Origin: a virus
DNA: 64,000 bases
Reading direction: 5' to 3' (one strand)
IMG/VR virus record: IMGVR_UViG_3300037483_000742
Coordinates: 28,013 to 92,012 of that record
Part shown: piece by piece, positions 36,590 through 45,911 of the stretch
Position numbering within the stretch: position 1 is the stretch's first letter
Layout of the letters: each line of letters opens with the position of its first letter
Notes under the pieces: model-generated
Seen by the model: the letters and a program-made list of their open reading frames with translations, nothing else
What the model was told of the DNA's origin: nothing
The model's database searches: none
Program-made: the position numbers and the translations under genes

Positions 36590-37713
36590 TGAATTTAATC
36601 GAAGAGTACAAAAAAGGCCAATCAGGAGCAAATAGAGGTCTTTCAATGGGTCCAGGTTTGATGAATGTATCAAATGCTATCAATGGAGTGCAAAGATCAA
36701 GAATATATGGTCTTGCTGCTAAGTCTAAAGCAGGTAAATCTACTTTTGCAGATTATAGCTTTGTTATAAATCCTATTTTAGATGCTTACAAAAAAGATAT
36801 TCCAATTGAAGTTATTTATTTTTCTTTTGAGTTAGATAGAGTCAGTAAAGAATTTGATTTTCTAGCTTATTTTTTGTATCTTGATAAAGGAATTGAAACT
36901 ATTAAATTAGATGAAGGAGTCTTTAAAGATGGAAAAAATGTAGTATCTTTAACTCCCGATTATTTAAGAGGAAGATTACAGGATGATAATGGAAATACAA
37001 TCAAAGTCAAAGATTCTGTCTTTGAAGCTATCAAAGAGTTGTATCAAAATAGAATCATTCCTTTTTTTGGAGAATTTGATGAGAAGGGAATAAGAATTAA
37101 GAAAGGTTATATTACTTTTGTAGATCAGAAAGATAATCCAACAGGTTTGTATAAGTATTTGAAAAGACATGCAATGAAGTATGGCAATTTTCTTACTATA
37201 CCTACAGTAGATAAAAAAGAAAGAATAATTGGTTACAAGCCAAGTAATCCCAACAAATATACTATTGTTATTACAGACCATTTAAGAAAATTACTACCTG
37301 AAAGAGGATTTACATTGAAACAAACAGTGGATAAATACATTGAATATCAAGTTGAATTGAGAAACTGGTGTGGTTTTACTTTTGTTGATATTATTCACAC
37401 AAACAGAAGTATGGCAGATCAAGACAGATTAAGATTTGCTAAAGATATGTTGTACCCTACTTCAGATGATATTAAAGACACAGGAAATTTATCTGAAGAT
37501 GCTGATTTTGTATTTACGATGATGAATCCTAATGATGATATTTACAACCTCAAAAAACATTTTGGTTTAGATATTAAGGATTCAAAAGATAACCTGATCT
37601 ACCCTGGATTAAGAACTATTCATTTAGTAGAAAGTAGGCATTGTGAATTTCCTCAACATTTCAGAACAAACATGATGGGAGGACTGAAGAATTTTAAACC
37701 TTTTAAACAATAG
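36589..37713 (+). CDS. dnaB: DnaB-like replicative helicase
   Basis: AKSKAGKS, IYFSFE, IVITDH, DIKDTGNLSEDAD, VESRH. Confidence 0.85.
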   Translation: MNLIEEYKKGQSGANRGLSMGPGLMNVSNAINGVQRSRIYGLAAKSKAGKSTFADYSFVINPILDAYKKDIPIEVIYFSFELDRVSKEFDFLAYFLYLDKGIETIKLDEGVFKDGKNVVSLTPDYLRGRLQDDNGNTIKVKDSVFEAIKELYQNRIIPFFGEFDEKGIRIKKGYITFVDQKDNPTGLYKYLKRHAMKYGNFLTIPTVDKKERIIGYKPSNPNKYTIVITDHLRKLLPERGFTLKQTVDKYIEYQVELRNWCGFTFVDIIHTNRSMADQDRLRFAKDMLYPTSDDIKDTGNLSEDADFVFTMMNPNDDIYNLKKHFGLDIKDSKDNLIYPGLRTIHLVESRHCEFPQHFRTNMMGGLKNFKPFKQ

Positions 37714-37728
37714 CAAAAACAAATTACA

Positions 37729-38415
37729 ATGGGTGAAATAATAAAAGTCAAGTCAATTTGTGTAGACACCTTAACAGGTATTCAGACTATACAATATATG
37801 ACAGACAAAAAGAAGCCAGGACATGATAAATGGAAGGATTATGGTCAAGCCATTTATACTTTTATGGATGATCTTATTAACTTAGGATTTGAAATAGTTC
37901 TGATATTAGGTGATCCAGGTACAGGAAAATCTTCTGGTATGAGAACATTAGAAACAGGTACAAATATCTGGTTTAATGCTGATGCTAAGAATCCTGTTTG
38001 GATAGGTGGTAGAGAAGAATATGGCAAGAAAACTGAACCAAAACTTCCTTATCATTTAATACCTAAAACTTACAAAGAAATTCTAGATCACATCAAACTA
38101 GGTATTGAAAAAGACATGTTTGAAAAAGATAGAATAGCTTTTCTAACTGGACACACTGAAACATACAAAGATGGTAATGAAGTAAAATCTAGATTAAAAA
38201 CTCTAGGTAATATGGCTACCAATATGCAGCTTGAAGGAAGACTTGAAACTGTTATGTATGCTAGAGTAGAAACTAAAGGAGAATCTGGAGAGAGAGAATA
38301 TCTACTCCATACTCAAAATGATGGCAATAATACTGCAAGAAGTCCTATGGGATTGTTTGAAGGTAAGATTCCAAATGATTACAAATTAATCAGAGACGCT
38401 ATTTTAAACTATTAA
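37729..38415 (+). CDS. AAA_24/Sak4-like P-loop ATPase with permuted motif order
   Basis: GDPGTGKS at aa 61-68, SICVDT Walker B-like strand at aa 9-14, FLTGH, C-terminal TQNDG..TARSPMGLF...IPND. Confidence 0.8.
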   Translation: MGEIIKVKSICVDTLTGIQTIQYMTDKKKPGHDKWKDYGQAIYTFMDDLINLGFEIVLILGDPGTGKSSGMRTLETGTNIWFNADAKNPVWIGGREEYGKKTEPKLPYHLIPKTYKEILDHIKLGIEKDMFEKDRIAFLTGHTETYKDGNEVKSRLKTLGNMATNMQLEGRLETVMYARVETKGESGEREYLLHTQNDGNNTARSPMGLFEGKIPNDYKLIRDAILNY

Positions 38416-38417
38416 TT

Positions 38418-38594
38418 ATGGAATACACTGGTGCAATATTACTTGGAGTGATAGGTACTCTTGTAGCTGTCACTTGTTTTTATCTCTTTGGAGGTAAAAT
38501 TGCAGAAAGAAGAGCCTACAAAAAAGAAGAACAAAAGAGATTAAAGGATAAGGAAGATGCTCTTAAAAAACAGCATGATGAATTATTTGATTGA
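38418..38594 (+). CDS. 58 aa membrane-anchored protein
   Basis: Read by hand: MEYTGAILLGVIGTLVAVTCFYLFGG then a charged coiled coil. Confidence 0.5.
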   Translation: MEYTGAILLGVIGTLVAVTCFYLFGGKIAERRAYKKEEQKRLKDKEDALKKQHDELFD

Positions 38595-38632
38595 GTTTTA
38601 TATTTTATAATGTTAATGTTAACAAACAAATT

Positions 38633-38992
38633 ATGTCAGACAAAGAACAAGAATTGAAGATTGATATTGAAGCTGTGAAAGCAATGGTAGCTGCTGGAAA
38701 AGACAGAAAAGAAATTGCTAAAGAGTTAGGAATCACTTTGAAAGAATGCAGAGAAGTTGTTTTTCAAAATGAAGAACTAAAAGGTATCAGAAAACCTCAA
38801 TCAAGAAAACAAAAAAGAAAAATTGTTTTAGTTAAAGGAGAAGCTGAAGTTGCAACTGCTACTAACACAACTTCAAATTCAAATGAAGCTGAAGAGGAAG
38901 AAGAGCAAGAAGAAACTGCAAATGCAGTTGAAGAAACTCCAGCAACAGAAGAAAAGAAAGCTGGAGAGAAACCATCTAAGGTTCAGTGGTAA
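38633..38992 (+). CDS. HTH-containing protein with acidic tail
   Basis: Likely start ATG 38633; AGKDRKEIAKELGIT HTH. Confidence 0.6.
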   Translation: MSDKEQELKIDIEAVKAMVAAGKDRKEIAKELGITLKECREVVFQNEELKGIRKPQSRKQKRKIVLVKGEAEVATATNTTSNSNEAEEEEEQEETANAVEETPATEEKKAGEKPSKVQW

Positions 38993-39046
38993 TTTTTATT
39001 ACTTAGACGAGTTTTTAAATTGAATAAGATATAAAATATAATTACT

Positions 39047-39820
39047 ATGACAGAGAAATTAGGATTTGGTTATGTAAGTGATAACGATGAAAGCTTACAA
39101 ACCAAAACTGGTGGTAGATTTGGATTAAATCAGGCATTTATCACCGTCTTTGAATATAACCCTACTGCTGGAGCTGATGGAGCAGCAGCAGATGCTGTAG
39201 ATATTACAGTAATGGTTGAACAAAAAGAGTTCAGAAGAAGAATCTATGACATCACTGGAGATTTGTATAACAAAAACAATGAAAAAGTTTCTCCAGATCA
39301 AGAAGGTTATGCAGAACTTTACAATGCAGAATTGAAACAAAGAATGGCAGTTGTTACACATGCTGCAAAAGCTTTAGGTGTTACTGATGATCAGATCAAA
39401 ACTGCTTTAGCTACACCTCCATCATCATTTGCAGCTTGGGCTAAAATTATGACATCTTTACCTTCTGATAATTTCAGAACAAAACCTGTAGATGTATTCC
39501 TTGAATGGGAATGGCAAATTGGAGAAGGAAATACTCAAACTTTCTTGATCCTTGCTAAAAATATGAAAGGTGGTAGATTCCTTTGTCCTCATGTTAAACC
39601 ACAAGGAGCTTGGACTGCTAAAAATGAAAAAGGTTTAACTTATGTTGATGCTGCTGGTAATGAACATCCTTTTACTAGAAGTGAAGATTACATGAAATCT
39701 AACAAAGCTAAACAACAGAAAGAAGGTCAAGAAGATGCTCCTTCAGGAGGAATGAATAATAACACCGATGATCTTCCTTTCAAAGAAAATGGTGCTGCTG
39801 CAAAAAAATCCACTTGGTAA
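39047..39820 (+). CDS. Putative single-stranded DNA-binding protein
   Basis: 257 aa, between the ATPase and the primase; flexible tail with DDLPF motif. Confidence 0.5.
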   Translation: MTEKLGFGYVSDNDESLQTKTGGRFGLNQAFITVFEYNPTAGADGAAADAVDITVMVEQKEFRRRIYDITGDLYNKNNEKVSPDQEGYAELYNAELKQRMAVVTHAAKALGVTDDQIKTALATPPSSFAAWAKIMTSLPSDNFRTKPVDVFLEWEWQIGEGNTQTFLILAKNMKGGRFLCPHVKPQGAWTAKNEKGLTYVDAAGNEHPFTRSEDYMKSNKAKQQKEGQEDAPSGGMNNNTDDLPFKENGAAAKKSTW

Positions 39821-39849
39821 AATAATCTGAAACCCAATTCTTTAATTCT

Positions 39850-40896
39850 ATGAGTAAATTTGCACATACTACTGATGATATTGAAGAATTGGGTTTTATT
39901 AGTAAGCAGAAATTACTAGAGTATGTTACTGAAGAAGATATTTTTGAACTAGTTTTTAAATTTAAGCCTGTAGAATTTGAATATATAACGTCACCACTGA
40001 GGATAGATACTAATCCTGGTTGCTGGTTTGAAACTGATATTACTACAGGTAAACTAATGTTCAGAGATTTTGGAAGAGGTGACAGACCTCTAGATTGTTT
40101 TGATGTTGTTCAACAGTATTTCAATTTACCTAATTTTTACAAGACTCTTGATTTTGTTAAGAAAACATTACTTGATAAAGTAGGAATACAACATGATATA
40201 AAAACCTATGTTGCTGTTTCTAAAAGAAAAGTAGTTGTAAAAAATAAAATTAAGATTTTAGTAAAGACAAAGCCATTCACTGATAGTGATAGGAAATTTT
40301 GGCAACCTCTTGAAATAACAAAAGAACAATTAATTGAAGATAAAGTTTTTCCAATAAGCATGTTCAAAATGCTAGGTACTAAGAAAGGAGATATTACCAT
40401 TAAGGTAAATAAACCTACTTATGCTTATACAGATTTTGAAGATGGTCAAAAGAAAATTTATCAGCCTTACAAAAAAAAGAAATTTAGGTTTTCTACTAAT
40501 TGCGATGAAAATGCTGTTGGAGGAATCAACAAACTTGTACCTTATGGTAGACAATTGTTGATTACTAAATCTTACAAAGATTATAGAGTTTTGAAGAATC
40601 AAGGACTAAATGTAGTTTGGTTCCAGAATGAAGGTATGATACCTTCATTGAAAATTCTTTCTAACTTGATTGAAAGATTTGATAAAATTATTGTCTTTTT
40701 TGACAATGATAATACAGGCATTGAAGCAGCAAATAAAGTAGTTAATTTGATTAATAGCCAGGTTTTAAATAAAGCAAGACAAGTTCATTTAGATGTTGAA
40801 TTAGTTAAGAAGGATATAACTGATCCAGCAGACTTAATGAAGCAAATGGGAAAAAGTACACTTATTGAGTTTTTGAAATTTCAAAACATTAAATGA
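39850..40896 (+). CDS. dnaG: DNA primase (TOPRIM)
   Basis: SPLRIDTNPGC...FRDFG...DCF, LITKSYKD, FFDNDNTG, DPAD. Confidence 0.85.
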   Translation: MSKFAHTTDDIEELGFISKQKLLEYVTEEDIFELVFKFKPVEFEYITSPLRIDTNPGCWFETDITTGKLMFRDFGRGDRPLDCFDVVQQYFNLPNFYKTLDFVKKTLLDKVGIQHDIKTYVAVSKRKVVVKNKIKILVKTKPFTDSDRKFWQPLEITKEQLIEDKVFPISMFKMLGTKKGDITIKVNKPTYAYTDFEDGQKKIYQPYKKKKFRFSTNCDENAVGGINKLVPYGRQLLITKSYKDYRVLKNQGLNVVWFQNEGMIPSLKILSNLIERFDKIIVFFDNDNTGIEAANKVVNLINSQVLNKARQVHLDVELVKKDITDPADLMKQMGKSTLIEFLKFQNIK

Positions 40897-40935
40897 TGAG
40901 AAAAAGCTATCTCATCGAAAAACATTAAAAAAATT

Positions 40936-41637
40936 ATGAGCGATCAAAGAGTTATTACTATTTACTCCACCAAAGGAGGAATGAAAGAAATCACAACCAC
41001 AGCAACAACCTGGGGAGAACTAAAACCACAAGTAGAAAAAGCTGGTTATGATCTCAGAAATCTTGCTGCAACTTGTGGTAATACAAGAAACAGTCTTGAC
41101 AGAGATGATGCTATTCTTCAAACTGGAGATTATACCATCTTCTTGAGACCAGTAAAAACAAAATCTGGAGCAACTTTAAAAGCAGATGCAAAAAGAAGTG
41201 ATGTAAATGCTGTTGTTAAAGAAATGACTGAAAAGCATGGAGAAGATTTCAGAACTCATATCAATTCAAAAGGGAATTGGACAAGAGTTACTACACCAGA
41301 AATTGTAGAGTTGATTAACTCTTATAAACCATCAGGAAAGAAAACAGATAATGGTGTAGGCAAAGTTGTTAAGACTGTTGCCGAATCTAAAAAAGCTGAA
41401 AAAAAGACTTCCACAACAGAAAAAGTTAAAGCAACAGAAGTAAGTGATGATGCATTTGCTGATGCAAGACAAGTTCTTGAAGATGCAGGAGTATCTTCTG
41501 AAGTTCTTGCTGGTTATGACAAATTTGCAGCAGAATTTTCTCCAGAAGCATTAGAAGCAAAATCTAGTGAAGATGCAGAAGCACAAAGACTTCGTGAAAA
41601 AGAAGAAAAATTAGCTAGAGAGTTTAATGATTTCTAG
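40936..41637 (+). CDS. Ubiquitin-like (beta-grasp) precursor with C-terminal extension
   Basis: aa 1-78 show a beta-beta-alpha-beta-beta pattern ending KTKSG, followed by a 155 aa extension; first gene before E2, JAB and E1 genes. Confidence 0.65.
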   Translation: MSDQRVITIYSTKGGMKEITTTATTWGELKPQVEKAGYDLRNLAATCGNTRNSLDRDDAILQTGDYTIFLRPVKTKSGATLKADAKRSDVNAVVKEMTEKHGEDFRTHINSKGNWTRVTTPEIVELINSYKPSGKKTDNGVGKVVKTVAESKKAEKKTSTTEKVKATEVSDDAFADARQVLEDAGVSSEVLAGYDKFAAEFSPEALEAKSSEDAEAQRLREKEEKLAREFNDF

Positions 41638-41657
41638 TAGTCCATTATTTTAAACCT

Positions 41658-41692
41658 AAAAAGCTCTGTACTTAATTGTACAGAGCTTTTTT
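41658..41692 (+). terminator. Rho-independent terminator between Ubl and E2-like genes
   Basis: AAAAAGCTCTGTAC-TTAATT-GTACAGAGCTTTTT, perfect 14 bp stem. Confidence 0.75.
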
Positions 41693-41704
41693 AATTTAGT
41701 AACT

Positions 41705-42991
41705 ATGAGTAATAATACAATAAAAACCAGTAGTCTGTTAGAAACAGGCTGTCCTCACAGAAGGTACTTAGGAAGATGTGTTAAGAATGGCTTAACCAGA
41801 AACCTTGATTGGTGGACAAAAATGTTTCTAAAAGGTAAAGTAGAAAATAATGGTGTACCACCAGAATATATTCTAGGAGATGATATTAATTTATTCATTA
41901 ACACAATGAATGGAATAATGGCTTCTCTTGAATTTAATTTTCCAGGAAATTGGGAAGTTCATTTAGAATATGAAATAGGAGATGATTGGGATGAAGAAGA
42001 AGAAAGAGATGTGCGTCGTATAATAGCTATAAAACCTTTATTTTTAATTAGATTTCCAGAAGTCAATATTACAAATAGTCAAAATGGTTCTCATTTGATT
42101 AAAGAGTTGTTCTATGTTTTTAGATTGTATCATACTGAGAGTAGTGATATAGTACAAAATTATTATAGGATAAAATCTTATTGGCCTGGAACACCTATGG
42201 GAACTAGAGGACAATTAACTGCTGTAGAACATCATTGTCAGTATCTTCATTCACATTTAAGTAGTACTTATGTAAATTCTTACAATGAAACTTATAAACT
42301 TAAAGAATTTTGTACAGGTAGTAATGAATTAAATGATTTGCAAGCTATATTAAGAGAAGGATTTGATGCAAGTGTATTCAATTTGTATCTACTTACTGTA
42401 GAGAGTTTCGTTAAATGGGAATCTATTGAAGGAAGACCTTATATGTACATCAGTAATATCACTGAAAGTAATAGTTCAGAAATACCTTTAGAATGGAATC
42501 CTGAAATTATGGAGAATTACAAAGCTGCAATAAAAGAAGCTATGAATAATTACTATCGTATAGAAGCAAATTTCAACTTTATGGTAGATAGATTTATTAT
42601 AAAGGTTGATGAAAAATTTATTCAATTTGTAAAAAATCTTTTAATAACTTCTAGAAAGAAAAATCTACTATCAACTTTTCTTGTACAAAGACATGAAAAT
42701 CATTACAGAGGCTATGGTCAAATGACTATCTACACACAAAAGGAATTAAATTCAATGCTTAGTCACTCTGAGGGTTTTCTACCTTATACTTACATAAGAG
42801 GAGAACAAATAACATTTAAGATAATTGCACATAGGGGGAAGGCAGTTGATCCTAATGATTTTACAGTACACCCTTCTTTATTAAATCACGTTAAAAAACA
42901 ATTTGAAAATGAATTATACAAAAAACAAGTTCAAAGAAGTGCAATTGAATCTTCAATCAAAGGTAATTATGCCAAAAAATGTATTGCATAA
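41705..42991 (+). CDS. Prokaryotic E2-like (UBC fold) conjugating protein
   Basis: YLHSHL followed about 20 aa later by EFC203TG, then helix and WESIEGRPY; sits among Ubl, JAB and E1 genes. Confidence 0.6.
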   Translation: MSNNTIKTSSLLETGCPHRRYLGRCVKNGLTRNLDWWTKMFLKGKVENNGVPPEYILGDDINLFINTMNGIMASLEFNFPGNWEVHLEYEIGDDWDEEEERDVRRIIAIKPLFLIRFPEVNITNSQNGSHLIKELFYVFRLYHTESSDIVQNYYRIKSYWPGTPMGTRGQLTAVEHHCQYLHSHLSSTYVNSYNETYKLKEFCTGSNELNDLQAILREGFDASVFNLYLLTVESFVKWESIEGRPYMYISNITESNSSEIPLEWNPEIMENYKAAIKEAMNNYYRIEANFNFMVDRFIIKVDEKFIQFVKNLLITSRKKNLLSTFLVQRHENHYRGYGQMTIYTQKELNSMLSHSEGFLPYTYIRGEQITFKIIAHRGKAVDPNDFTVHPSLLNHVKKQFENELYKKQVQRSAIESSIKGNYAKKCIA

Positions 42992-44117
42992 AATACAATA
43001 CCTGTGCAAAAATATTGTTGAAGTAGAATGGTCTGGTATTATTCTTTATGAAGTTGTAGGTAGTATCAAAAAACTTGATACTCTGCAATTAATTTTGAAA
43101 GATATTATTCCAATGAACAAAGGGAATAAAACTTTCACAAGCTATTCTTTTAATGAACCTAAAAGAGACAATTCAGGTTATGAAGATGCTCACATAGATT
43201 ATATGCAAGCTAATCCACATGCAATGAAATGGAAAATAGGACATATTCATAGTCACAATAGTATGAATGTTTTCTTTTCAGGAACAGATATGGAAGAGTT
43301 ACATGATAATGCTCCTTCACATGATTTTTATTTCTCAATCATTGTAAATAATTACATGGATTTCATGGCTAAAATAGCCTTTGTAGCAAGAGCGCAAACT
43401 ACAACTAAAAAAATACCATATATTGCTTTTGATGAAAAAGGAAAGCCCTATACTATTGAAGAAATGGCTTTTAAAATTGACAATGAAAAATTATTTTTAA
43501 TTGACTGTAAAATAGATTCTCCAAAAGAAGAAATTACAGTTGATGAAAGTTTTGCAGCTCAAGTAGCTTATATCATCGACAAAGAAAAAAGAGCAGAAGA
43601 AGCCAGAAAAGTAGAACATGAAAACAAATGGAAAACTCCTGGACATAATGGTAATGGTAAGGTATGGCAACATCCTAGTAAACAAACTGCTTTAGATAAA
43701 GCAATTGCTAAAAGTACTACTTGGTTTGGAGGTCATATTGAAGATACACCTGGATTTGGAAAAGGTTTTTCTGATACTTCTACTGATATTGAAATGTTTA
43801 TTGTCAGTTTATTAAGAGGTGGAAATATTGCAGACTTAGAAGTTTTAAGTTTGGAAGGCACTTTAGAAGAAATTGAAGCATTAAAAGAAACAGTAGTTGA
43901 TGGAGTAGAACTTGCTGAAATAGCAATGACCAAATTTGGAGATTGTTTCAAAATGATCTTTGGAGAAGGTAAAGGAGAAGATCATTTATTTAGTATTCTG
44001 GAAGAAACTCTTGAAGTATTAGAGAATGAAGAAGTAGGTTTTCCTTGGTTAGCTCCAATGGTTTCAAGTTTTAAAAAAATGATTTTAACATTAGAGAAAG
44101 ATGAACACACAGTCTAG
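42909..44117 (+). CDS. JAB/MPN+ metalloprotease (deubiquitinase-like)
   Basis: VEWSG Glu plus GHIHSHNSMNVFFSGTD (HxH-x7-SxxD). Confidence 0.88.
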   Translation: MNYTKNKFKEVQLNLQSKVIMPKNVLHKIQYLCKNIVEVEWSGIILYEVVGSIKKLDTLQLILKDIIPMNKGNKTFTSYSFNEPKRDNSGYEDAHIDYMQANPHAMKWKIGHIHSHNSMNVFFSGTDMEELHDNAPSHDFYFSIIVNNYMDFMAKIAFVARAQTTTKKIPYIAFDEKGKPYTIEEMAFKIDNEKLFLIDCKIDSPKEEITVDESFAAQVAYIIDKEKRAEEARKVEHENKWKTPGHNGNGKVWQHPSKQTALDKAIAKSTTWFGGHIEDTPGFGKGFSDTSTDIEMFIVSLLRGGNIADLEVLSLEGTLEEIEALKETVVDGVELAEIAMTKFGDCFKMIFGEGKGEDHLFSILEETLEVLENEEVGFPWLAPMVSSFKKMILTLEKDEHTV

Positions 44118-44796
44118 TATTATACAATCAAGTAGATTTAAAGATGCTCCCTGGTTTAACGAAACTGCTGAAAGAGTAATAGTAGGTGGAGCAGGAGGAA
44201 TTGGAAGTTGGTTAAGTTTCTTTTTAGTGAGAGCTGGTTTTGAACCTATAGTTTATGACTTTGATAAAGTAGAAGAGCATAATTTAGGAGGACAGCTTTT
44301 TAGACAGAAAGATATTGGTAGATTTAAAGTAGAAGCTACAGCAGATATTATCAATACTTTTTCTAATAAAAATATTTCTGGATTTGTTCTTCCTGTAGAT
44401 GGCACTACTCCACATCATCATTTTGCTTTTTCTGCTTTTGATAACATGAAAGCCAGAAGAGATTTATTTGAAGTTTGGAAGAAAAGTCATGCTGGAGCTT
44501 CAGTTACACCATTATTGATTGATGGTAGACTTACTATGGAGCAAGTACAAATTCTTTGTGTAACTCCTGAAAACATGGATAGATATGAACAAGAATATTT
44601 ATTTGATGATTCAGAAGTTGAAGATGCAGCTTGTACTTTAAGATCAACTACTCATTCAGCAGCTTTAATAGCTTCCTTAATGACAGGATTTTTCACTAAC
44701 CATATTTCTAACATCAATGAAAGAAAGTTAATTAGGACAGTTCCTTTTTACTATGAATTTTTCATACCTCAAGTACTAACAGATTTAATAACTTAA
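44101..44796 (+). CDS. E1-like / ThiF-family adenylating enzyme
   Basis: VGGAGGIGS, YDFDKVEEHNLGGQ, FDNMKAR, IDGR, DAAC178T candidate catalytic Cys; no CxxC zinc motifs. Confidence 0.9.
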   Translation: MNTQSSIIQSSRFKDAPWFNETAERVIVGGAGGIGSWLSFFLVRAGFEPIVYDFDKVEEHNLGGQLFRQKDIGRFKVEATADIINTFSNKNISGFVLPVDGTTPHHHFAFSAFDNMKARRDLFEVWKKSHAGASVTPLLIDGRLTMEQVQILCVTPENMDRYEQEYLFDDSEVEDAACTLRSTTHSAALIASLMTGFFTNHISNINERKLIRTVPFYYEFFIPQVLTDLIT

Positions 44797-44799
44797 TTT

Positions 44800-45882
44800 A
44801 TGGTATTTTTTAGGACAGAAACTTACAGAAAAAAAGATTACTATTCTAATGGACATAAACTTGATTATTTGATTTTTTTCAAAGATGAGTATTTTCCTAT
44901 CAGTTTTCTTTCAGAAGAATATTTGAGAGAAGATGTAGTCTATCTACCTGATGGTGGGTTTGTGATTCAAAATCATATTCCCACTAATGGAGAAGCTAAA
45001 GTTTATAATAGTATTGGAAGATTTGCAGATTTCTTAGCTAATTTTAAGTACTATGATATGCTTTGTCAGTATTTTTTCAAAGTAAAAAAAGTTGAACATT
45101 CTATATTTTTCAGAAAGGGAGAAATTTATAGTTCTACAGGAGAAATTCTGTTAACTTTGACCACTAATTCTAAGAGAATATTCCTTAGAGGAAAGAATCT
45201 TGATTTGAAAGTTTTGAAGCTATACATAGCAGTAGAATTTCAAAATAATCCTATCTACAAGACTATTTACACTAAGTTAAAAGAAGAGTTCATAGATTTG
45301 GTAGCAGGAGAGATAGATATTGTGATTACTAAATCTGAAAAAATCTTCAGTGAACTTTACAGAAGAAGCTTTAAATTAACTTTTGAAGATGTGAAAAGTT
45401 TGGGAAATATGTTTGATGAAAGTGTGCAAAACTTTTATAATACATTTGATCCTGAAGCTTACAAGCAGCAAGTTTTAGAACAAAATCCTAATGTTGAAAT
45501 TAGAGTTATTGAAGTTGAGAGAATTAAAGAAGAACCAGTTACTATTAAAAGAAAAGTAGTAAGAGGATCAGCATCTCCTTATGATTTAGATCAACAAACT
45601 GTATTGGATTCAGTTATTAATACTGCTGTTGACAATTTTGTTTCACAAAATTTATATGGCAGTGGAGGAATTGTAACTTCATCAAATACTACTACTAATT
45701 CATTTATGATAACTGATTCAATAGGTTCAACAAGAGCAGTTACAATGGATTCTGGAATGTTGAATTTACAAGAAATGGATGGTCAGAATAATTTTGACAA
45801 TTCATTAGGTACAATGCCTTTACAAGAATTTAATTCAACTCCAGAAGAAAGTAATTCTGAAGATCAGGATTTAGAGTTTTAG
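44800..45882 (+). CDS. Hypothetical protein (globular N-terminus, disordered acidic tail)
   Basis: 360 aa, 3 nt after the E1 stop. Confidence 0.65.
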   Translation: MVFFRTETYRKKDYYSNGHKLDYLIFFKDEYFPISFLSEEYLREDVVYLPDGGFVIQNHIPTNGEAKVYNSIGRFADFLANFKYYDMLCQYFFKVKKVEHSIFFRKGEIYSSTGEILLTLTTNSKRIFLRGKNLDLKVLKLYIAVEFQNNPIYKTIYTKLKEEFIDLVAGEIDIVITKSEKIFSELYRRSFKLTFEDVKSLGNMFDESVQNFYNTFDPEAYKQQVLEQNPNVEIRVIEVERIKEEPVTIKRKVVRGSASPYDLDQQTVLDSVINTAVDNFVSQNLYGSGGIVTSSNTTTNSFMITDSIGSTRAVTMDSGMLNLQEMDGQNNFDNSLGTMPLQEFNSTPEESNSEDQDLEF

Positions 45883-45911
45883 AGTATTTATCTAAAAATT
45901 AATTGACCTAA

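Noticed and set aside
6548-37713. Introns or inteins in TerL, PolA or DnaB, which are common in some crAss-like groups
   Set aside because: All three ORFs are continuous, of normal length, and show no intein or homing-endonuclease motifs.
44101-44796. ThiF as a thiamine or molybdopterin biosynthesis gene
   Set aside because: No thiG, thiS-GG, moaE or sulfur-relay genes nearby; its neighbours are JAB, E2-like and Ubl genes.
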